This document shows, piece by piece, positions 59,756-64,000 of a DNA stretch of 64,000 bases (its first letter is position 1; every line of letters begins with the position of its first letter). The notes beneath the pieces were generated by a model. That model saw nothing but the letters and a program-made list of their open reading frames with translations, did no database searches and was not told the origin of the DNA. This DNA is from an uncultured Acidobacteriota bacterium (GTDB taxonomy: Bacteria > Acidobacteriota > Thermoanaerobaculia > UBA5066 > Gp7-AA6), in NCBI GenBank assembly GCA_963764715.1, contig CAVXTP010000022.1:256001-320000 (forward strand), written 5' to 3'. Position numbers and translations under genes: made by a program.

Positions 59756-61125
59756 GCCGTCCTCCGCGGGCCGCGGCGCATCCGGTAGTAGACGGGCAGG
59801 CCGATGAGCAGGATCCCGATGCCCGCGAGTGTCTCCCGCGGCTGCGTGCGCACGGTATTGACCGCGAGCGCCACCGTGCTCGCGACGAAGACGAGCGGAA
59901 CGACGGGATAGCCCCAGCAGCGGTAGGGACGGGAAAGGTCCGGTCGCTTGCGCCGAAGCACGAAGAGGGCGATTCCCGTGGCTGCGTAGGCGAGGATCAC
60001 GAAGAAGGTGGCGTAGGTGTAGAGCTGGTCGTAGCGCCCCGAAAGACAGAGCAGGGACATCCACACGGCCTGGACGACGATCCCGAAGGACGGCGTCTTG
60101 AAGCGGGGATGAATTCGGGCGAACGGCTTCGGAAAGAGCCCATCCTCGGCGAGAGCGTAAACGACGCGTGGCGCCGGAACCAGGCCGGCCGACGTGCATC
60201 CGGCCGCGGCGGCCGTCACGGCCAGGGCGATGACGAAGGCGGCGCCGCCCCCGAAGAGGCGGGTCGCGGCGAGGGCGGCGGGCTCCCCGACGTTCGCCAT
60301 CTCGGCCGGCGGGATCGCCTTGAGGAAGACGGCGTTGGCAGCGACGTAGAGAAGTGTCAGGAGGCCCGTCCCGAGGATGAGGGCGAGCGGGAGGTTCCGG
60401 CGCGGGTTGGCGACTTCGCCCGCGACCGCCACGATCTCGTTCCAGCCGTAGTAGGTCCAGAAGATCGCGACGAGGGCGGTGCCGATGCCCGCGAAGGTCA
60501 GCGCCGCAACCGGCCCCGGGGCCCCCGCGGCCGCCTCCGGCCGGGGCGCGAACGCGCCGCCGACCGCGATCCACAGCAGGGCGAGGAGGATCATCGAGGT
60601 GAAGACGCCCTGGATGCGGGCCCCCTCCTTGACCCCGACGTAATGCGTCGCCGAGAGCACCAGGGTCAGCGCGATCGCGACGAGCTGCGCCGCGTTGATC
60701 GGGACCGGCCCCACCGTGAAGAGCACGTTCGCGCTCGAAAGCGACGGGAAGAAGACCGAGAGGTACTGGGCGAAGCCGATGGCCACGGCCGCGTCGGACC
60801 CGATGATGATCACCCAGAAGGCGACCCAGGCGTAGAGGAACGCCGGGAGCTCGCCGAAGGCCTCCCGGAAGAACACGTACATTCCGCCGGCCTGCGGCAT
60901 CATGGCGCCCATCTCCGCATAGACGAGCCCTCCGGCGATCGCGAGCAGCCCGCCCACGATCCAGAGGCCGAGGATCCAGTGCCCGTCGGGAACGGCCTTC
61001 GCGATCCCCGCGGGCGTCAGGAAGATGCCCCCACCGACCGCGAGCCCGATGACGAGGAGGCTCGTGTCCCAGAGTCCGAGGCCCCGGGCGAGCTTGCCCC
61101 GGCTCTCGCCGGTCGACTCGCTCAC
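59752..61125 (-). CDS. APC-family amino acid permease (LAT/SteT-like)
   Basis: GGGIF.TP, YAEMG.MMP.AGG.Y, YYGWN, EV.NP.RNLP, PRV.YA.A.DG, RPYRCWGYP. Confidence 0.92.
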   Translation of the reverse strand: MSESTGESRGKLARGLGLWDTSLLVIGLAVGGGIFLTPAGIAKAVPDGHWILGLWIVGGLLAIAGGLVYAEMGAMMPQAGGMYVFFREAFGELPAFLYAWVAFWVIIIGSDAAVAIGFAQYLSVFFPSLSSANVLFTVGPVPINAAQLVAIALTLVLSATHYVGVKEGARIQGVFTSMILLALLWIAVGGAFAPRPEAAAGAPGPVAALTFAGIGTALVAIFWTYYGWNEIVAVAGEVANPRRNLPLALILGTGLLTLLYVAANAVFLKAIPPAEMANVGEPAALAATRLFGGGAAFVIALAVTAAAAGCTSAGLVPAPRVVYALAEDGLFPKPFARIHPRFKTPSFGIVVQAVWMSLLCLSGRYDQLYTYATFFVILAYAATGIALFVLRRKRPDLSRPYRCWGYPVVPLVFVASTVALAVNTVRTQPRETLAGIGILLIGLPVYYRMRRGPRRTA

Positions 61126-61946
61126 GCGGCGGCGGGGATGCGCAGGATCTGCCGCGCCTCCTCGACCGAGGCCGGCTCGCGGCCCACCTCCCGGGCGATC
61201 CGGACGATCCGCTCGACGAACCGGGCGTTGGAGTCGGCGAGCTCGCCCTTGCGGTAGTAGATGTTGTCCTCGAACCCGACGCGCACGTGGCCTCCCATCG
61301 CGATCGCCATCGTGGCCATCGCGGTCTGCCGCCGCCCGATTCCGGCGACGGTCCAGGTGCATCCCGCCGGAATCGAGCGGGCGAAGTGCGCCAGGTTCTC
61401 GGCGGTGGCCGCGGCGGCCCCCGGAACGCCGAGGACGAAGTCGAAGTGGGCGGGCGGCTGGAGCTGCCCCTTCGAAAAGAGCATGTCGGCCGTGGCGAGC
61501 ATGCCGACGTCGAAGATCTCGAGCTCGGGCGTGATGCCGAACTTGCGGATGCGGGCGAGGATCGTGCGGATCGTCGGGAGCGAGTTCTCGAAGATCTCGT
61601 CGCCGAAGTTGCAGGTCCCGAGCGTCAGGGTCGCCATCTCGGGCTTGAGCTCGAGCGCCGCGATGCGCTCCTCGACGCCCATCCCGACGGCCCCGCCGGT
61701 CGAGAACTGCTGGAGGATGGGGCAGCGGGCGCGGATCGCGGACGAGTAGGCGCGGAACGTCTCGAGGTCCTGCGTCGGCGTGCCGTCCGGGCGCCGGCCG
61801 TGGACGTGGCCGATCGTCGCCCCCGCGGCGTGGGCCCGGGCGTACTCCTCGCCGACCTCGTCGGGCAGGAGGGGAAGATGCGGCTGCTGCTCCCGCATCA
61901 CTTCGGCGCCGACCCCGGCGACCGTGATCAGGAGGGCGTCGCTCAC
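61122..61946 (-). CDS. kce: 3-keto-5-aminohexanoate cleavage enzyme (DUF849/BKACE)
   Basis: ITVA.VGAE, HVH Zn ligands, STGG, PELEIFD, RVGFEDN; lysine-pathway context. Confidence 0.9.
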   Translation of the reverse strand: MSDALLITVAGVGAEVMREQQPHLPLLPDEVGEEYARAHAAGATIGHVHGRRPDGTPTQDLETFRAYSSAIRARCPILQQFSTGGAVGMGVEERIAALELKPEMATLTLGTCNFGDEIFENSLPTIRTILARIRKFGITPELEIFDVGMLATADMLFSKGQLQPPAHFDFVLGVPGAAAATAENLAHFARSIPAGCTWTVAGIGRRQTAMATMAIAMGGHVRVGFEDNIYYRKGELADSNARFVERIVRIAREVGREPASVEEARQILRIPAAA

Positions 61947-62326
61947 CGCGGGGCCCGCTGCTTGTCGAGTGGAACGACGCAGGTTCCGGTGGCGCGGGCG
62001 ACGACCAGGGGCGGGTCGAGGACCTGCGCGGCCGATCCCCCGGAGGGCGCGATGACCTTGCGCGCCTCGAACCGAATCTGGCGGGACGTCCGGCCCGCGC
62101 CCGTCAGCTCGGCCTCGATTTCGAGGTAGTCGCCGCCGTGGACGGGAGCCAGGAACTCGACCGACGCATAGGCCCGAAAGAGGCCTTCGTCGCCGTCGCG
62201 CCGCACGAGGAGCTCCGTCGCGGCGTCGCCGAAGAGCTTGAGGACGAAGGCGCCGTCGACGAGGCCGCCGCCGTAGTGCGCCTGCTCGGCCCCGACCCGG
62301 AGGCGGAGCAGCACCCGGTCGCTCAC
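61943..62326 (-). CDS. kal: 3-aminobutyryl-CoA ammonia lyase (hotdog fold)
   Basis: [20 protein letters not shown]...[17 protein letters not shown]. Confidence 0.92.
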   Translation of the reverse strand: MSDRVLLRLRVGAEQAHYGGGLVDGAFVLKLFGDAATELLVRRDGDEGLFRAYASVEFLAPVHGGDYLEIEAELTGAGRTSRQIRFEARKVIAPSGGSAAQVLDPPLVVARATGTCVVPLDKQRAPR

Positions 62327-63081
62327 GCTCCCGCCTCCGCGGGCCTCTGGCGGCGGGTGATCTCTTCGAGGAGGAAGCCGGCGACGCGGGAGGCCGTCGT
62401 GCCCGGGCCGAAGCCGGCGTCGTAGCCGAGCTCCTTGGCGAGCGCGTGGTCGATCCTCGCCCCGCCGGCGACGAGCACGACCCGGTCGCGCAGCCGTTCG
62501 GCCTCGAGCATGTCGACGAGGTCGGTCATGTGGCGGACGTGGATGTCGTTCTGCGTCACGGTCGCGGAGACGAGGACGGCGTCCGCCTTCGTCTCCCGGA
62601 TCTTCCGGGCGAGCTCGGCGACCGGGACCTGCGCCCCGAGGTTGCGAGCGTCGAAGCCGTGGTAACGCTCGAGGCCGTAATCGCCGGCGAAGCCCTTCAT
62701 GTTGAAGATGGCGTCGAGGCCCACGGTGTGGGCGTCGGACTCGAGGGCGCACCCGAGCACGACGAGCCGGCGGCCGAAACGGCGGGCGATCTCGGCGTCG
62801 ATCTCGTCGCGGGTCAGCGCGGCGGCGGGAGCCTCCTCGGCGGTGATCGACGCCACGTCGATGTCCTGCGTCGCGCGCCCGTAGACCACGAAATAGGTGA
62901 AGTCGGGCGCGATCGCCTCGGCGAGCGTGACGTAGGGCTCCCGCAGGCCCATCCGGGCGACGTAGCGCTTGGCGGCCTCGGTCGCGACCGCCGAGCGGGG
63001 GATCGGGAGCGTGAAGGAGACCTGCACGGCGCCGTCGCCCTTCTTGTCGCCGTACGGCCGGACGAGCCGCGGCGGGCTCAC
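62323..63081 (-). CDS. kamE: lysine 5,6-aminomutase beta subunit (B12-binding)
   Basis: RPYGD..GDG.VQ.SFTLP dimerisation domain; DAHTVG (DxHxxG); NMKGFAG PLP lysine; [10 protein letters not shown]. Confidence 0.95.
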   Translation of the reverse strand: MSPPRLVRPYGDKKGDGAVQVSFTLPIPRSAVATEAAKRYVARMGLREPYVTLAEAIAPDFTYFVVYGRATQDIDVASITAEEAPAAALTRDEIDAEIARRFGRRLVVLGCALESDAHTVGLDAIFNMKGFAGDYGLERYHGFDARNLGAQVPVAELARKIRETKADAVLVSATVTQNDIHVRHMTDLVDMLEAERLRDRVVLVAGGARIDHALAKELGYDAGFGPGTTASRVAGFLLEEITRRQRPAEAGA

Positions 63082-64000
63082 GCGCGGGCTCCGGCCGGCG
63101 CCGGCGTCCAGGCCTCCATGAAGGGATTGGCGTAGCCGGCGTCCTTGCGCAGCACGCCGTCGTAGCCCCGGCCGCCGTCGCGGCGCCGGCGCGTGTCGGC
63201 GAAGACGCCTTCGGCCAGCGCCCCGAAGAGGCCGCGGCGGGCGACGTCCTGGAGGATCGCCTGCGCCCCGGCGAGGACGGCGCGGGCCCGGGCCACGATC
63301 CGGCCGTCGGGATCGAAGCGCAGCTCGTCGCGCAGGTGCCGGGCGTTCGACCGGATCGTCTTCATCTGGTCGATCGCGAGCCACCGGTCGTGGAGGAAGG
63401 GCGTGTGGAGGGCCTCGGTCAGCATCCCGAGCAGGTGGATCGACTGTCCCGTGGCGACCGACGTCAGCGCGAAGAGCGTGTTCTGCTGGTAACCCCGGAA
63501 AATGTTGCCGGTCATGTGCTTGGTCGGCGGCATGTACTTCAGGGGCGCGTCCGGGAAGATCTCGCGGGCGGCCTCGGCCTGGGCGATCTCGTAGAGCAGC
63601 CCGTCCTCGAGCGCCGGGTCGATCTCGAAGGCGTGGCCGAGGCCGATCTGCCAGTCTTCGAGTCCCGCGTCCTTCGCGAGACGCTCGTTGATGAACTGCG
63701 ACGCGAGGACGGCCGGGGCCTGCTCGACCGCGTCGGCCGTCGTGAGGTAGTTGTCCTCGCCCGTGTTGATCACGACGCCGGCGACCGCGTTGATGCGGCG
63801 CGAGAAGCTCTGGTCGATCAGGGTCCGCAGCGGGTTGATGTCGCGGAAGATGATGCCGTACAGCGCGTCGTTCAGCATCATGTCGAGGCGCTCGAGGGCG
63901 CCCATCGCCGCGATCTCCGGCATGCAGAGGCCCGAGCAGTAGTTGACGAGGCGGACGTACCGGCCGAGCTCGGGCTCGAGTGCGTCGAGGGCGGCGCGCA
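63078..64000 (-). CDS. kamD: lysine 5,6-aminomutase alpha subunit (start lies beyond window)
   Basis: [64 protein letters not shown]. Confidence 0.95.
   Translation of the reverse strand, partial: RAALDALEPELGRYVRLVNYCSGLCMPEIAAMGALERLDMMLNDALYGIIFRDINPLRTLIDQSFSRRINAVAGVVINTGEDNYLTTADAVEQAPAVLASQFINERLAKDAGLEDWQIGLGHAFEIDPALEDGLLYEIAQAEAAREIFPDAPLKYMPPTKHMTGNIFRGYQQNTLFALTSVATGQSIHLLGMLTEALHTPFLHDRWLAIDQMKTIRSNARHLRDELRFDPDGRIVARARAVLAGAQAILQDVARRGLFGALAEGVFADTRRRRDGGRGYDGVLRKDAGYANPFMEAWTPAPAGARA

Overview
This is a 64-kb stretch of gene-dense, very GC-rich chromosome from a diderm bacterium. Gene content suggests Acidobacteriota, possibly Thermoanaerobaculia; that placement is inference only. 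I found about 65 CDS and no rRNA, tRNA, CRISPR array, prophage or transposase. In order: leuS (5'-truncated)-lptE; rpsT; a tolQ-tolR-tolA-tolB-pal-cpoB operon; a SpoIVB(S55)-like protease / beta-propeller / peptide ABC / coaD run; aqpZ with a secreted LEA-like 11-mer repeat protein; an archaeal-type (class II) GAPDH-like dehydrogenase; a CerR-like reductase, serine palmitoyltransferase and bCerS-like GNAT converging on an Aur1/IPC-synthase-like PAP2 gene that sits back-to-back with nfeD-stomatin; SPOR-lipA-lnt-prfB (programmed +1 frameshift)-nudix; a Ser/Thr kinase-TPR cassette; thiolase-hbd-crt; a short LeuA-family synthase, xerD and a lytic transglycosylase; and a B12-dependent lysine degradation operon (kamD-kamE-kal-kce) extended by an APC permease and a secreted M28 carboxypeptidase. 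The strongest candidate for an undescribed system is the complex-sphingolipid locus coupled to an SPFH membrane-microdomain scaffold (31.5-38.0 kb). Other notable patterns are GTAG-type REP palindromes that supply gene stop codons, and -10 hexamers 5-10 nt before many start codons (leaderless-like). The many single-base frameshifts in the first ~28 kb, including in essential leuS, look like sequencing or assembly errors. All calls come from motif recognition by eye; no searches were run.
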